Source: a virus
Length of the DNA stretch: 64,000 nucleotides
IMG/VR virus record: IMGVR_UViG_3300031251_000016
Coordinates: 2,458-66,457 of that record
Strand: one strand, 5' to 3'
A model generated the notes under the pieces. It was not told where the DNA came from. It ran no database searches and saw nothing but the letters and a program-made list of their open reading frames with translations. Positions within the stretch are counted from its first letter, which is position 1, and every line of letters begins with the position of its first letter. Positions 36,751-46,293 of the stretch are shown piece after piece. Both the position numbers and the translations under genes were made by a program.

Positions 36751-37923
36751 ATGCTCGCCAACCGCCCTATCGCTAGTGCGGCGCTCGCGAGTAGTTTTAG
36801 GACTGGCGGCCCGAGAATCTTTGCGATCGCCGCGGCCTCTGGGGTTTACGTGCTGTCCGGGTCCTCCGCGGCGCTGAAGCTGGTTCACAAGTTCGCTGCG
36901 AACTCCGGGGCTTACTCGCTCACCGGCTCGCCCGCGACTTTTACGTTCGTCCGCAGAATGTCCGCGGCCTCCGGGGCGTACGTGCTGTCCGGCTCTGCGG
37001 CAGCCTTGACGGCTGTTCGCAGAGTGGCGGCGGCCTCGGGCGCGTATTCGCTTACCGGCTCGCCCGCGACTTTTACGTTCGTCCGCAAAGTGGCCGCGGC
37101 CTCCGGGGCTTACGTCCTGTCTGGGTCCTCTGCGGCGCTGAAGCTAGTCCGCAAGTTCGCTGCGGCCTCGGGCGCGTACTCACTCACCGGTTCGCCCGCG
37201 ACTTTTACGCTCGTCCGCAGGGTGGCGGCGGCCTCCGGGGCTTACGTGCTGTCCGGCTCCGCGGCGACCTTAACAGTGATTCATAAGTTCGCTGCGGCCT
37301 CCGGGGCTTACATCCTGACCGGGGGTGCGGCGACATTCACCCACGTCAACGGCCTGCTCAGGGTCGTCATCAAGCTCCAAGCCGACACGAGCAATTTATT
37401 TGTTGCGCTTGCCGACTGCGCGAAGCTATTTCTGGAACGGGCCGACGCAACCCGCCTATTCGCGGCGCTCGCGGACGGCGTGAATCTGTTTCTGGAACAG
37501 GCCGACGCGACGTCGGTTATCCCACTGAAAGCCGACGCAGCAGCCTCGATCGGGGGAAAGATTATGGCCTTTGACAACCCGCTTCTCGTGCGCAGCGCCG
37601 GTGACGATTTCACGCTGCAGTTCTTGTGCATGGCCGGGGGGCAGCCCGCGGCCTACGTCGCTCCCGTCGCCACGTTCTCGGTCGGTTCGTCGTCAGCTCC
37701 GGACGACGCCGAGACGCCGATTTTAGTGAAGACGGGGAGCGACGCAACCATGTCGCAGTCGGGCGGCAACTGGTACGCAAATATCGCATTCCATCGCGCA
37801 GACACGATCGGGAAGTTCCAGCCCGGCGTCTACTACTGCGAGCTCTCCGTCACTGACGGGGGCGTGACGCTCACTGTTGCAACGCTCATGCTACAGATTC
37901 GACCGACGATCACTCGGCCCTAG
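36751..37923 (+). CDS. Repeat-containing structural protein with C-terminal Ig-like (BppU-like) domain
   Basis: Eight 22-aa repeats; C-terminal GDDFTLQF..PGVYYCELSVT. Confidence 0.65.
   Translation: MLANRPIASAALASSFRTGGPRIFAIAAASGVYVLSGSSAALKLVHKFAANSGAYSLTGSPATFTFVRRMSAASGAYVLSGSAAALTAVRRVAAASGAYSLTGSPATFTFVRKVAAASGAYVLSGSSAALKLVRKFAAASGAYSLTGSPATFTLVRRVAAASGAYVLSGSAATLTVIHKFAAASGAYILTGGAATFTHVNGLLRVVIKLQADTSNLFVALADCAKLFLERADATRLFAALADGVNLFLEQADATSVIPLKADAAASIGGKIMAFDNPLLVRSAGDDFTLQFLCMAGGQPAAYVAPVATFSVGSSSAPDDAETPILVKTGSDATMSQSGGNWYANIAFHRADTIGKFQPGVYYCELSVTDGGVTLTVATLMLQIRPTITRP
36829..37350 (+). repeat. Eight 66-bp coding tandem repeats, alternating types
   Basis: AAASGAYVLSGS(S/A)AL alternating with AAASGAYSLTGSPATF. 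Confidence 0.9.
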
Positions 37924-37926
37924 CGT

Positions 37927-37969
37927 CAAGCTTGTAGTCACTACCCGCCCCGCATATGGTCAAGCAACC
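37927..37969 (+). promoter_or_regulatory. Repeated promoter/operator, copy 2 (lysis genes)
   Basis: TTGTAG-17 nt-TATGGT with GTAGTCACTAC. Confidence 0.7.
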
Positions 37970-37983
37970 GTGCGGAGCGCTCC

Positions 37984-38622
37984 ATGCCTATGAACCCCTA
38001 CGTGAACCCCTACGTGAAGCAGGCCGGCCCTTACCCCGTCAACTTTGTGCCCGACCCGCACTTTCAGACACCGGTCAATTTGAGCGCGCCGCGCGCCGGC
38101 GTTCTGCATACGACCGAGGGCTCGACTATCGAGGGCGCGGAAGGCGTATTCAGCCATCACTACGCGCCGCATTTCACCGTCGGTCCCGACGCGCGCAGAA
38201 AGGTGAAGATCGACCAACTCGTGCCGATCGGCTTCATCGGCGCCGCGCTTGAAGAGCACAACAACCTCGCGCTCGTGCAGATCGAGGTCGTCGGCTTCTC
38301 GAAGACAACGCCGTGGTTCTTCGACGCGCCGACCGCTGACGCGCTCGCCAACCTTCTCGTCGTGCTGGAGCGTGACTACGGCATCCCGCTTTCGCACCCC
38401 TGGGGCGACGACGATTGGGCCGCCGCGGGCCCGAACGCGCACCGCGCCTCGCGCAAGTTCGGCGCCGTCGCCGGCTGGTTCGGGCATCAAGACATTCCAG
38501 ATAATTCTCATTGGGATCCGGGGCATTTGCAGTGGTCGAAGCTCTTCGCGCTCGCGGCCAAGATCAAGGCTTCCGCGTCCGATCCCGTCGCGGCCTACGA
38601 GGGAGCGCCCGGTCATGCTTGA
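37984..38622 (+). CDS. N-acetylmuramoyl-L-alanine amidase (endolysin)
   Basis: VLHTTEG, PHF, QIEVVG, FGHQDIPDNSHWDPG zinc-amidase motifs. Confidence 0.85.
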   Translation: MPMNPYVNPYVKQAGPYPVNFVPDPHFQTPVNLSAPRAGVLHTTEGSTIEGAEGVFSHHYAPHFTVGPDARRKVKIDQLVPIGFIGAALEEHNNLALVQIEVVGFSKTTPWFFDAPTADALANLLVVLERDYGIPLSHPWGDDDWAAAGPNAHRASRKFGAVAGWFGHQDIPDNSHWDPGHLQWSKLFALAAKIKASASDPVAAYEGAPGHA

Positions 38623-39121
38623 TCCCGCCGCATACCTCCCTTGGCAACATTCTCACGCCCAGCAGGCGTTCAAATTCTTCAACGGGCGGGAGAGCCCGCG
38701 CGGGACATTGCGCGATTTCCAAGCGGCGGCGCTCATCGAAATGTGGGACGCCGAGGCCAGCTTCTATCTCGACATTTGGGGCGATGAGGGAACGGCCTAT
38801 GGCGGCTGGCAGTGGCACGACGACCGCCTGACGCGCATCTGCAATTTCCTCGACGCCCCGAAGCCGCAGCGCATCGGCCTGAGTAAATTTCTCACTAAGA
38901 ACGGCTTGACGCTTGAGCAACAGGTCCAAGGCGTTTGGCATGAACTCCAGACGAGCGAATCGGTAGCGTTTGCGCTGCTTGTCGGCACGACCAACGCCCA
39001 TGACGCCGGCGTGGTCGCCTGCACGAAATTCGAGCGGGCGGGCGCGCACGGGCAGGCGGCGATTCGGGGCGCGAGGACCGCGCTCTGGCTTGATTGGCTG
39101 ACGAAGAACCCTGCAACGTGA
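38615..39121 (+). CDS. Phage tail lysozyme-like muramidase
   Basis: AYGGWQW..RL, LEQQV..VWHEL, KFERAG. Confidence 0.7.
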   Translation: MLDPAAYLPWQHSHAQQAFKFFNGRESPRGTLRDFQAAALIEMWDAEASFYLDIWGDEGTAYGGWQWHDDRLTRICNFLDAPKPQRIGLSKFLTKNGLTLEQQVQGVWHELQTSESVAFALLVGTTNAHDAGVVACTKFERAGAHGQAAIRGARTALWLDWLTKNPAT

Positions 39122-39306
39122 CCGCTTGGCGGCCCCAGGAAAGCGGCCGGCTGGCCTACGCCATTAACGCCGCCCTGATCGTCGGCGCGTTCGCGCTTGT
39201 CGGTCGTGACGGCGTTTGGCACGCCATGCTCTCGCGCCGCTCGCGCTCGGCCGCCTTGCTCGGGGCCTGCGTCGCCCTGGCGGTCTACCGAACGCTCGTG
39301 CGCTAG
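39118..39306 (+). CDS. Small two-TM protein (possible holin)
   Basis: GTGA overlap with the lysozyme; two hydrophobic segments. Confidence 0.45.
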   Translation: MTAWRPQESGRLAYAINAALIVGAFALVGRDGVWHAMLSRRSRSAALLGACVALAVYRTLVR

Positions 39307-39653
39307 AACAGCCCGTAGTGGAAAAGGACGGCGCGCACTTCCGCGAGGCTCCGCGCCACTTCGTAGGCGCCGCCGATCGCAGTCCAGACCTCGCGGAAGC
39401 CCTTCTGGTCTTTCGACAGGACGCCCTTCGGCGTTTTCAATTCAAGCGCCAGCCGGGTTTTCTCGCCGAACAGCATGAGATCGGCGACGCCAGGCCGCAC
39501 GCCCATGTCCTTCAGCTTGCGCGCGGTCGCCGGGTCGCGCCACTCGCCGTTCGGGACCGCGAACCAGATGACGCGCTCCGGCAGCTCCTTGCGGAGCATG
39601 ATCGCGACGGCAATCTGAAACGCGCCCTCGTCGCGAAAGGGAAAATCGGTCAT
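39303..39653 (-). CDS. VRR-NUC nuclease
   Basis: FAVPNG, GVRPGVADL, LELK, LSKDQK. Confidence 0.85.
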   Translation of the reverse strand: MTDFPFRDEGAFQIAVAIMLRKELPERVIWFAVPNGEWRDPATARKLKDMGVRPGVADLMLFGEKTRLALELKTPKGVLSKDQKGFREVWTAIGGAYEVARSLAEVRAVLFHYGLF

Positions 39654-41629
39654 TTTTTCATTCGATCGCCGCAGTAGCCCTCGGCCGCCAGAGGAAGCCC
39701 AGGAGCCCAAGGAACCGGGCGGCTCATGATCTCTATGATTTGGTTGAGGCGCTCTTCCGCAACCTCGACGGGGGCCAAGCCTACCGCGCTATCGTAGACG
39801 TCCATAATTAGCTCCACGTCGGGAAGCTCGCGCTCGACCGCCGCCTCAACCGCCGTGATGACGTCGCGCGCTGACGATTGGCTTATGATTTCAAGCCATG
39901 CCCCGCCATAAACGCGCTGCGGAAGCATGCGACCGTGCTTGGCGCGCAGGAACGTCATCTCGCCCGTGTCGCGGTCGATCCGCGGCGAGTAATGCGGGAT
40001 CGCGCGCCCGCTCGGAACCCGCACCCAAAGGACAGGCTCGCCGCCGATGTCCAAGCGGTCGTCAGGCGTTGCCGGCCACGGGTTCTCGCGTGAGTAGCAG
40101 AAGACGACCTTTCCGTCGGCGGCGCCGAAAGCCAGCCCCGGTCGCCAGACCGCTTCGCGCGCTGCGCTATCAAGCTGGTTCCAGAGGCCGCCTTTGCTCG
40201 CGAGTTTCGGGTTGTCCTTCCGGTAGCCAAAAATCCAAGCTCTCGACCGCTCGGGTGTGAGGCCCGGAATTTTGCGACGGTTCGTCAAATAGAATTTGTT
40301 GTCGCCGAGTCCGTAGTTCCCGCCGAGCGTGATCGTCTTGAAGTTCTGCCGCTCTTCAGGATGCGTCTTCTTCGTCGACCCTGGCGGCAGCCCGAGACCG
40401 CTGATCGCGTTGTGCATGTAAAGGTCGCCGTCGGCCGCAAGAATCGCGAGTCGCTCGGCGTCGCCCGCGAGCCACAGAGCCAGCCGCAACTCAATATTGG
40501 CGAGATCGGCGTCGATGACGGCGTAGCCGTCGGGAGCTTTTACGAGCCCGCGCAACACATCGGTCAGCGCAGTGTTGCCACAGGGAAAACCGATAAGCAG
40601 CGTCTCTATGGTATTTTCAATGTCATACTTGCCCGACGGTCGCGCGATGTTGAAGGTGTTCACGCCTTCGCTCGTGCCGCGGCCCGAACGCGCGCCGAAG
40701 TAGCGCGTGTGGTCCTTGTAGCGGCCGTCTACGTGGCGGTCGAGCAGCGCCTGCGCCTTCGTCGGGGCCATGCCGCCGCTCTCTCGCAGGATGCAAAGCA
40801 CGTCGAAAGCGTCGAAGGACAGATTGTCGCTCTCGAGCACTTCCTCGACGGTCTCCTTGCGCATGTTCACCACCGGGACGCCGACGGATGCGAGCCAGGT
40901 CTGAATTCGCGCGCGCTGCGTGACCGCAGTCACGGCGCCTCGCGTGACTTCGCGCAGCCGGTTCGAGACCTCCAGCTCGATCTCTTCACGGCGCGCGGCG
41001 ACCGCTTCGGCGAGTTTGAGGTCGATCGGGAGGCCGGTTTCGTTCTTGCGCCACGTCCGTTCCCAGATCAGCCGCTCGGCCGGCGGCAACTCGGGCAGGC
41101 GCGCGTCCACGTCCGCCAAAGCGCGGACATCCTGCAAATTGTAGCCGAGTAGGTCGCGAAAAACGTCGGGATCCTCGCAGAAGGTCCCGTCGCGCTGCGG
41201 CTTGCACGTTTTCATGACGAGCGCCGTGCCGCCCTTCGACTTGCCGGGCACGCCGAGCGTCTTGGCGAGCTCGTCGAGACCGCCGGGGAGCGACATGCGC
41301 TGCGCTCGCGCCATCGTGCAGGAAAGCTTCGCAACGGGAATATCGTGTTTCAGGGTCTCGCGGATCACGCTAGCGTCAAAGCCGACGTTGTGGCAGACGA
41401 CGCGGTCGGCCTCTTCGAGCGCCATGACGAAGTCGAAGGCCGAGTGCGAGCCGAGATGCGCCAAGCCCGGGATGAAGACGGCGCCGGCAAGCGAATTCGG
41501 CTTACCCTTCCACATCCAAGCGGCGGTCGTAATTGAGGTCGAAGGGTCTTTGGAGTAGCGCCTATGACCTGCGGCTCGTAAGTCGCATCTTGAACGAGTT
41601 TCGAGATCGAGGAGAAGAGTGTTCGTCAT
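39650..41629 (-). CDS. DNA polymerase family A with 3'-5' exonuclease
   Basis: LDLETRS, HNVGFD, YNLQDV; motif A DADLANIELR; motif B RQNFKTITLGGNYG; motif C variant DVYDS. Confidence 0.88.
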   Translation of the reverse strand: MTNTLLLDLETRSRCDLRAAGHRRYSKDPSTSITTAAWMWKGKPNSLAGAVFIPGLAHLGSHSAFDFVMALEEADRVVCHNVGFDASVIRETLKHDIPVAKLSCTMARAQRMSLPGGLDELAKTLGVPGKSKGGTALVMKTCKPQRDGTFCEDPDVFRDLLGYNLQDVRALADVDARLPELPPAERLIWERTWRKNETGLPIDLKLAEAVAARREEIELEVSNRLREVTRGAVTAVTQRARIQTWLASVGVPVVNMRKETVEEVLESDNLSFDAFDVLCILRESGGMAPTKAQALLDRHVDGRYKDHTRYFGARSGRGTSEGVNTFNIARPSGKYDIENTIETLLIGFPCGNTALTDVLRGLVKAPDGYAVIDADLANIELRLALWLAGDAERLAILAADGDLYMHNAISGLGLPPGSTKKTHPEERQNFKTITLGGNYGLGDNKFYLTNRRKIPGLTPERSRAWIFGYRKDNPKLASKGGLWNQLDSAAREAVWRPGLAFGAADGKVVFCYSRENPWPATPDDRLDIGGEPVLWVRVPSGRAIPHYSPRIDRDTGEMTFLRAKHGRMLPQRVYGGAWLEIISQSSARDVITAVEAAVERELPDVELIMDVYDSAVGLAPVEVAEERLNQIIEIMSRPVPWAPGLPLAAEGYCGDRMKK

Positions 41630-41780
41630 CGGGCACGTCGCTAGTTAGCCAGCGGTAGCCGCTCAGGCTGATTTCACCGCGGAGAAATTGGTCGTGAACT
41701 TCGGGAGGAGCTGGCCGGTCTGGGTAGCGCTCTGAGAGCCGCTGCTTCCAGGCCTCGATTTCGGCGTAGCTAAGTTTCAT
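41562..41780 (-). CDS. Small hypothetical protein
   Basis: 72-aa ORF overlapping the polymerase start. Confidence 0.45.
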   Translation of the reverse strand: MKLSYAEIEAWKQRLSERYPDRPAPPEVHDQFLRGEISLSGYRWLTSDVPDDEHSSPRSRNSFKMRLTSRRS

Positions 41781-41880
41781 GGATGCACAAAGTTAGGAAA
41801 GCGAGGGCGGAGACGCGTTACCGGACGCCGCCCTCTTCTAACCTCGCGCCTCAGTTCCCCAACCAGACGCGGGGATCTCG

Positions 41881-42582
41881 TCAGAACGGGATGTCGTCGG
41901 AACGGGACGCCGCAGCATTCGGATTTTGCCCGAAACCTCCGGCCGCAGGCAGTGGGGCGCCGAGGCCCTGGATCGGAATGCCTTGCGCCCGCGCCTGCTC
42001 AATGAGCATGTTCGAGTCGGGGCGGGAACCGAGCTTGATCTCTTCGCCCGAGCCCGTGAACAGGATTCCATTGAGGTAGGTCTTGACGCCCGGGCTCGTG
42101 CCGGCGCTCTTGGTAAGACCGACCGAGAGGACGCAGTAGTCGCCGTCCTTCACGATAACGCGGCCTCCCATTCTCGAAGCGGGGAGGGCAACGGCCTTAC
42201 CGTTCTGCACGCCTTCGATCGTTAGGTAGTCGGGCGAGGACGTGTCGGCGCGGATACACCAATGGCCCTTGCTCCAGTCGGAGACTCTGCCCTGAAGACT
42301 CGGCTGGTCGCCGTCCTTGACGGGCCAGATCAGCCGCGCAACGTCGTAGCCGGCGAAGTGCTGCGCATAAATTTTGCGGCAGGCTTCGGTCACGGAGGCG
42401 AAGACTGGGTCTTCCTGCCAGCGCCCAGTCGTTTTCGGCACGATCGCCGTGACCGAGTAGCGCGGCTTGTCAAGGGGCTTGCCCGTCGTGAAGTCGGTCG
42501 TCTCGGGCGTCCACAGTCGGGAGATGTAGACGGCGCGTGCGCCAAAGATCGAACAGCCGATGATCTCGCGTTTCTCAACCAT
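41881..42582 (-). CDS. Single-stranded DNA-binding protein (gp2.5/DUF2815-like)
   Basis: PRYSVTAIVPK, PVKDGD, GVKTYLNGI; SSB-type tail DDIPF. Confidence 0.8.
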   Translation of the reverse strand: MVEKREIIGCSIFGARAVYISRLWTPETTDFTTGKPLDKPRYSVTAIVPKTTGRWQEDPVFASVTEACRKIYAQHFAGYDVARLIWPVKDGDQPSLQGRVSDWSKGHWCIRADTSSPDYLTIEGVQNGKAVALPASRMGGRVIVKDGDYCVLSVGLTKSAGTSPGVKTYLNGILFTGSGEEIKLGSRPDSNMLIEQARAQGIPIQGLGAPLPAAGGFGQNPNAAASRSDDIPF

Positions 42583-42722
42583 GTCAGTGCTCCAGTGTTG
42601 CAGTTGCTCAGTTTCTCAGGTGTCGCATTTCGGCGACGGGGAGCAACGTAAGCCGTAGCGACTCTGTAGTCAAGTTAGAATGTGACTTGACCGTAAGCCG
42701 GGGCGCGCCTATCTGTTGGGGA

Positions 42723-44186
42723 ATGATTCAGCTCCGCCCCCACCAGATCGAGGCCGTCGAAAAGCTCCTCGCCTGCGAAGAGCGCTTCGCGCACGCCGAG
42801 GTCTGCGTGTCGGGCGGGAAGTCGCTCATCATGGCCGAGCTGGCGCATCGCGTGTCGGGGCGGGCGCTGATCCTGGCGCACACGTCCGAGCTGGTGAAGC
42901 AGAACATTGAGGCCTGTAGCCAGATCGGGCTTTTTGCGGCGCCCTGCGCACGCGAGGTCGGAATCAACCTCTTTGCCAGGGTCACGGTCGGAACGATCCA
43001 GACCGTCGTGCGCCGGCTCGCGCATTTCAAAGACGTCGAGACCGTAATTGTCGACGAGACGCACCTGGTCACGCCCGACGACGAGAGCATGTACCGCAAG
43101 CTCTTTGCAGCCCTGCCGGACGCTCGCGTCCGCGGTCTGACGGGCACGCCCTACCGCGCCGACGGTTCGGGGTCGCTCGAGGAGACCTTCGGGCCCTGCG
43201 TCTTCCGCTTTCGCTTCGCCGAGGCCTTGGAACTCGGCTACGTAAAACCCCTGCGGCAGATTGACGCCGAGGCCGACGACATTGACATCCAGGGCGTAAA
43301 GGTCACGGCCGGTGAGTGGAGCACGGGCGAGCTCGCCCACCGCGGAATCGCCCTCGCGCCAATCCACGCCAAGGCGGCCGTGAAGGCTCTGCGCGAAGAA
43401 CGCCGGCGCCGGACCCTCGTCTTCGCCTGCGACATTGAGCATGCCGAAGTGCTGGCGCGCGAGTTCAACGCGGCCGTTGGACGGCGGATCGCAGTCGCCG
43501 TTCATTCAAAGCTGCCCCAAGAGGAGCAAGAGCGCCACATAAAGGACTTCCGCGAAGGCCGGCTTCCGGTCCTCGTATCGGTTCAGAAATTTAGTACGGG
43601 CTTCTCGGTCAACGAGATCGACTCGCTCGTGCTCTGCCGACCGGTCCGCTCGCGCATTTACTACGAGCAGGGGCTTGGCCGCGGAGCCCGCAAGACGCAT
43701 GTCGCCCATGATTGCGTCGTCGTCGACTTCGGCGGCAACGTCGCGCGCCACGGCGCGCTCGACATGATTAAGCCCGTCGAGGTCCGCGGACTTAAGACCA
43801 AGCGCGAGCGCGACGAAGCGGCGCAAAAGGCGTTCAAGGTCTGCAAGGCCTGCGGTCAAGAGTACGCGGAGTTCTTCGATTCCTGCCCACACTGCGGCCA
43901 CGATCCGCGCCTCGACCGCTCGGTCGGTAGTGACCTCGTCATGCGCTCGAAGGCGCGCGAGATGCTCGAGGAAGCCAAGATGAAGCCGCAGTGGCTGCCG
44001 GCGCAGGGCACGCCCGTGCGCGTGCCAGGCCGTCATTGGTCGATCCCGCTCGACGCCGGCAAGGCGATTTGGTGGCCGGCGCACATGCCAACGGTCCCCG
44101 TTCACGTCTACGTGCAATGGAACGCCCGTTGGGGCTTCGTCGCTGAGGGGATCGTCGGCGCGGACGGGCAAATTCACCAACCTTAA
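42723..44186 (+). CDS. Superfamily 2 helicase with zinc finger
   Basis: LRPHQ, SGGKS, VDETH, GLTGTPYR, QGLGRGAR, CxxC..CxxC; TTGACC-17 nt-TATCTG upstream. Confidence 0.9.
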   Translation: MIQLRPHQIEAVEKLLACEERFAHAEVCVSGGKSLIMAELAHRVSGRALILAHTSELVKQNIEACSQIGLFAAPCAREVGINLFARVTVGTIQTVVRRLAHFKDVETVIVDETHLVTPDDESMYRKLFAALPDARVRGLTGTPYRADGSGSLEETFGPCVFRFRFAEALELGYVKPLRQIDAEADDIDIQGVKVTAGEWSTGELAHRGIALAPIHAKAAVKALREERRRRTLVFACDIEHAEVLAREFNAAVGRRIAVAVHSKLPQEEQERHIKDFREGRLPVLVSVQKFSTGFSVNEIDSLVLCRPVRSRIYYEQGLGRGARKTHVAHDCVVVDFGGNVARHGALDMIKPVEVRGLKTKRERDEAAQKAFKVCKACGQEYAEFFDSCPHCGHDPRLDRSVGSDLVMRSKAREMLEEAKMKPQWLPAQGTPVRVPGRHWSIPLDAGKAIWWPAHMPTVPVHVYVQWNARWGFVAEGIVGADGQIHQP

Positions 44187-44269
44187 GCCTAAAATGTATT
44201 GACTACCTAGCTTGACTTTGCTAGCTAGGCTTTACCGAGGGGGCCGCCTCTCGTGCAGTAGGAGACAAT

Positions 44270-44866
44270 ATGACACAGCACCGATTTACGATTTCCGGGA
44301 ACTCGCGCGCCGAACTGCGCGCCGCGTTCGACGAGCTGTTTGGCGACGGGCCGGGCAATACGACCGCCGTCAAAAACGAGGAGCCCGCGAAGGCGTCGGG
44401 CCGCGGTAGCCGCAAAGGAGCCGCCGCAGCCCCCGACCCCGTGCAGGTCCCCGAGGCGCAAGCCCAGCCGGATCCCTTCGCCCCCTCGGCTGCCACGGCC
44501 GCGCAAGCGACGGCCGCAGCCGCAGACCCGTTCGCGCCCTCCGCGCCGCAGCCGCCCGGCGATGACCCGTTCGCGCCCTCCGCGCCGCAGCCGCCCGGCG
44601 ATGACCCGTTCGCGCCCTCGACCGCTCCGACGACCGCAGCCGCGCCGCTCGCCGCCGCCAATCCCGCCGTCGAGAAGCTCATCGAACGCTTCGAGGCGAA
44701 GAGCAAAGAGCCGAACATCGGGCCCGACCGCGTGCGGGACTACCTCGCCAAGTTGCTTGGGCTGGCCCCGAGCGTGCCCTTGGCCGAGATGTATTCAAAG
44801 CTGCGCGCCGGCGCCTACACGCCGGACGTCGTCGATAAGCTGCTCGACCAGACCGGCGGTCGCTGA
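44270..44866 (+). CDS. Pro/Ala-rich protein with DPFAPS repeats
   Basis: AGGAG RBS; four DPFAPS units, 39-bp tandem duplication near 44525-44620. Confidence 0.75.
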   Translation: MTQHRFTISGNSRAELRAAFDELFGDGPGNTTAVKNEEPAKASGRGSRKGAAAAPDPVQVPEAQAQPDPFAPSAATAAQATAAAADPFAPSAPQPPGDDPFAPSAPQPPGDDPFAPSTAPTTAAAPLAAANPAVEKLIERFEAKSKEPNIGPDRVRDYLAKLLGLAPSVPLAEMYSKLRAGAYTPDVVDKLLDQTGGR

Positions 44867-44975
44867 TTTCGTGAGGTTCGGCGGGGGCCGTCTGTAACGT
44901 CCGGCCGGAAACCGGGCTACGAAAGGGCTTTTCCGGAGCCTGCCCCCGTCGATAAGTTTCTTAAGGAGAACAACC

Positions 44976-45146
44976 ATGCGCGGTACTGCAATGGCAATCA
45001 TGGGCGCGACGTTCGTTTACCTCGACGCCAAGAACTCTCGCGACGCGGTCCCCGCCGACTTGCGGAGAACCTACGACCACCATCGGGCGGCGGTTTTCCT
45101 CGGCTGGTTCGCCGCCACGCTTTTCGCCGTCGTGCTGGGGTGGTGA
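44976..45146 (+). CDS. Small membrane protein
   Basis: AAGGAG RBS; 56 aa ending FLGWFAATLFAVVLGW. Confidence 0.55.
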   Translation: MRGTAMAIMGATFVYLDAKNSRDAVPADLRRTYDHHRAAVFLGWFAATLFAVVLGW

Positions 45147-45149
45147 GCC

Positions 45150-46274
45150 ATGACCCGAGCGCACGCCATTTTCGCCCCTTCAAGCGCCGCGCGTTGGCTG
45201 GCCTGTCCTGCGAGCGCAGCGCTTGCCGCTGACCTGCCCGAGCGGACCTCGGACGCGGCCGACCGCGGCACCTACGTCCACGAGCTGCTCGAGCAGGGCG
45301 TCGAGACGCTGGCGCAAACCGGCGTTGTCTCGGTCGAGCACGTTCCCGAGGACCGCAACCCCGTCGTCGAGGAAATTCTGGCCTTCGTCGAGAAGCTCGG
45401 CGACGACCGGCTCTACGCGCTCGTGACGCGCGCGATCGCCGACGAGGGCGGCGACGTCGCCGGCAACCTCGAAATGATCCTCCACTTCGTCGCCAAGCTC
45501 GGACCCGGGCGCCTCGAAGCCGAGCAAAAAGTGGTCATCAATGACGTCTGTTGGGGGACGGCCGACATTCTGCACGTGACCGAATGTGAGACCGTAGCGA
45601 CATTGGGCGACTACAAGAACGGCGGCTACGACGTCGAAGCCTTCGAGAATAAGCAGCTCTTGACCTACGCCGTCGGCGTCTTGCGCGCGACCCCTAAGAT
45701 TCGCTGGTTCCGGCTCGCGATCGCGCAGCCGAACTCGAAGACGCACGGCGAGGTTGAACCCATCAAGCAATGGGTCGCCTCGGCCGAGCAGGTCTCACAG
45801 CACGCCAACGCGATCGAGAGCGCCATTGCGCGCGCCCGCGCCGGCGAGAAGCCGCAGCCGGGCAAGCATTGCCGTTGGTGCGCGGCCTTCGGAGAGTGCG
45901 AGGCGACGAAATCGACGCTGGCGCTGGTCGAGCGCGCGGTCGAGATGCTGCCGAGCAATATCCCGAACGACAAGATTGCGCAGATCGCGCGCGTCCTGCG
46001 CGGTCTCGACGATTTCCGCAAGCTCGTCGACACTGAAATCAATTCGCGCTTGCTCACGGGCAAGTCGGTCCCTGGCGCCTCGCTTGAGCCGGCGCGCGCC
46101 TTCCGCCAATGGAAAGACGAATACGCGGTCAGGCAAAAGCTGGTTGAAGCCTACGGCCCGACGGTGTTGAAACCGCCGACGCCGGCGCAGGCGGAGAAGC
46201 TTGGCTCGGTCGGCAAAGAAGCCGTCGCGATGCTTTCGGCGAAGCCGCGGGGCGTTTTGAAGGCGTCGTACTAG
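45150..46274 (+). CDS. Cas4-like PD-(D/E)xK exonuclease (DUF2800)
   Basis: HAIFAPSSAARWLACPAS, GTYVHE, WGTAD, DYKNG, QLLTYA, HCRWC. Confidence 0.88.
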   Translation: MTRAHAIFAPSSAARWLACPASAALAADLPERTSDAADRGTYVHELLEQGVETLAQTGVVSVEHVPEDRNPVVEEILAFVEKLGDDRLYALVTRAIADEGGDVAGNLEMILHFVAKLGPGRLEAEQKVVINDVCWGTADILHVTECETVATLGDYKNGGYDVEAFENKQLLTYAVGVLRATPKIRWFRLAIAQPNSKTHGEVEPIKQWVASAEQVSQHANAIESAIARARAGEKPQPGKHCRWCAAFGECEATKSTLALVERAVEMLPSNIPNDKIAQIARVLRGLDDFRKLVDTEINSRLLTGKSVPGASLEPARAFRQWKDEYAVRQKLVEAYGPTVLKPPTPAQAEKLGSVGKEAVAMLSAKPRGVLKASY

Positions 46275-46293
46275 CGCCCCGCGACCGTTTTCT

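Noticed and set aside
36829-37350. CRISPR array or DGR template/variable repeat
   Set aside because: Repeats are in-frame coding units without unique spacers; no reverse transcriptase or cas operon seen
45150-46274. CRISPR-associated cas4
   Set aside because: Stand-alone DUF2800-type nuclease in a Pol A/SSB/helicase replication module; no array or other cas genes
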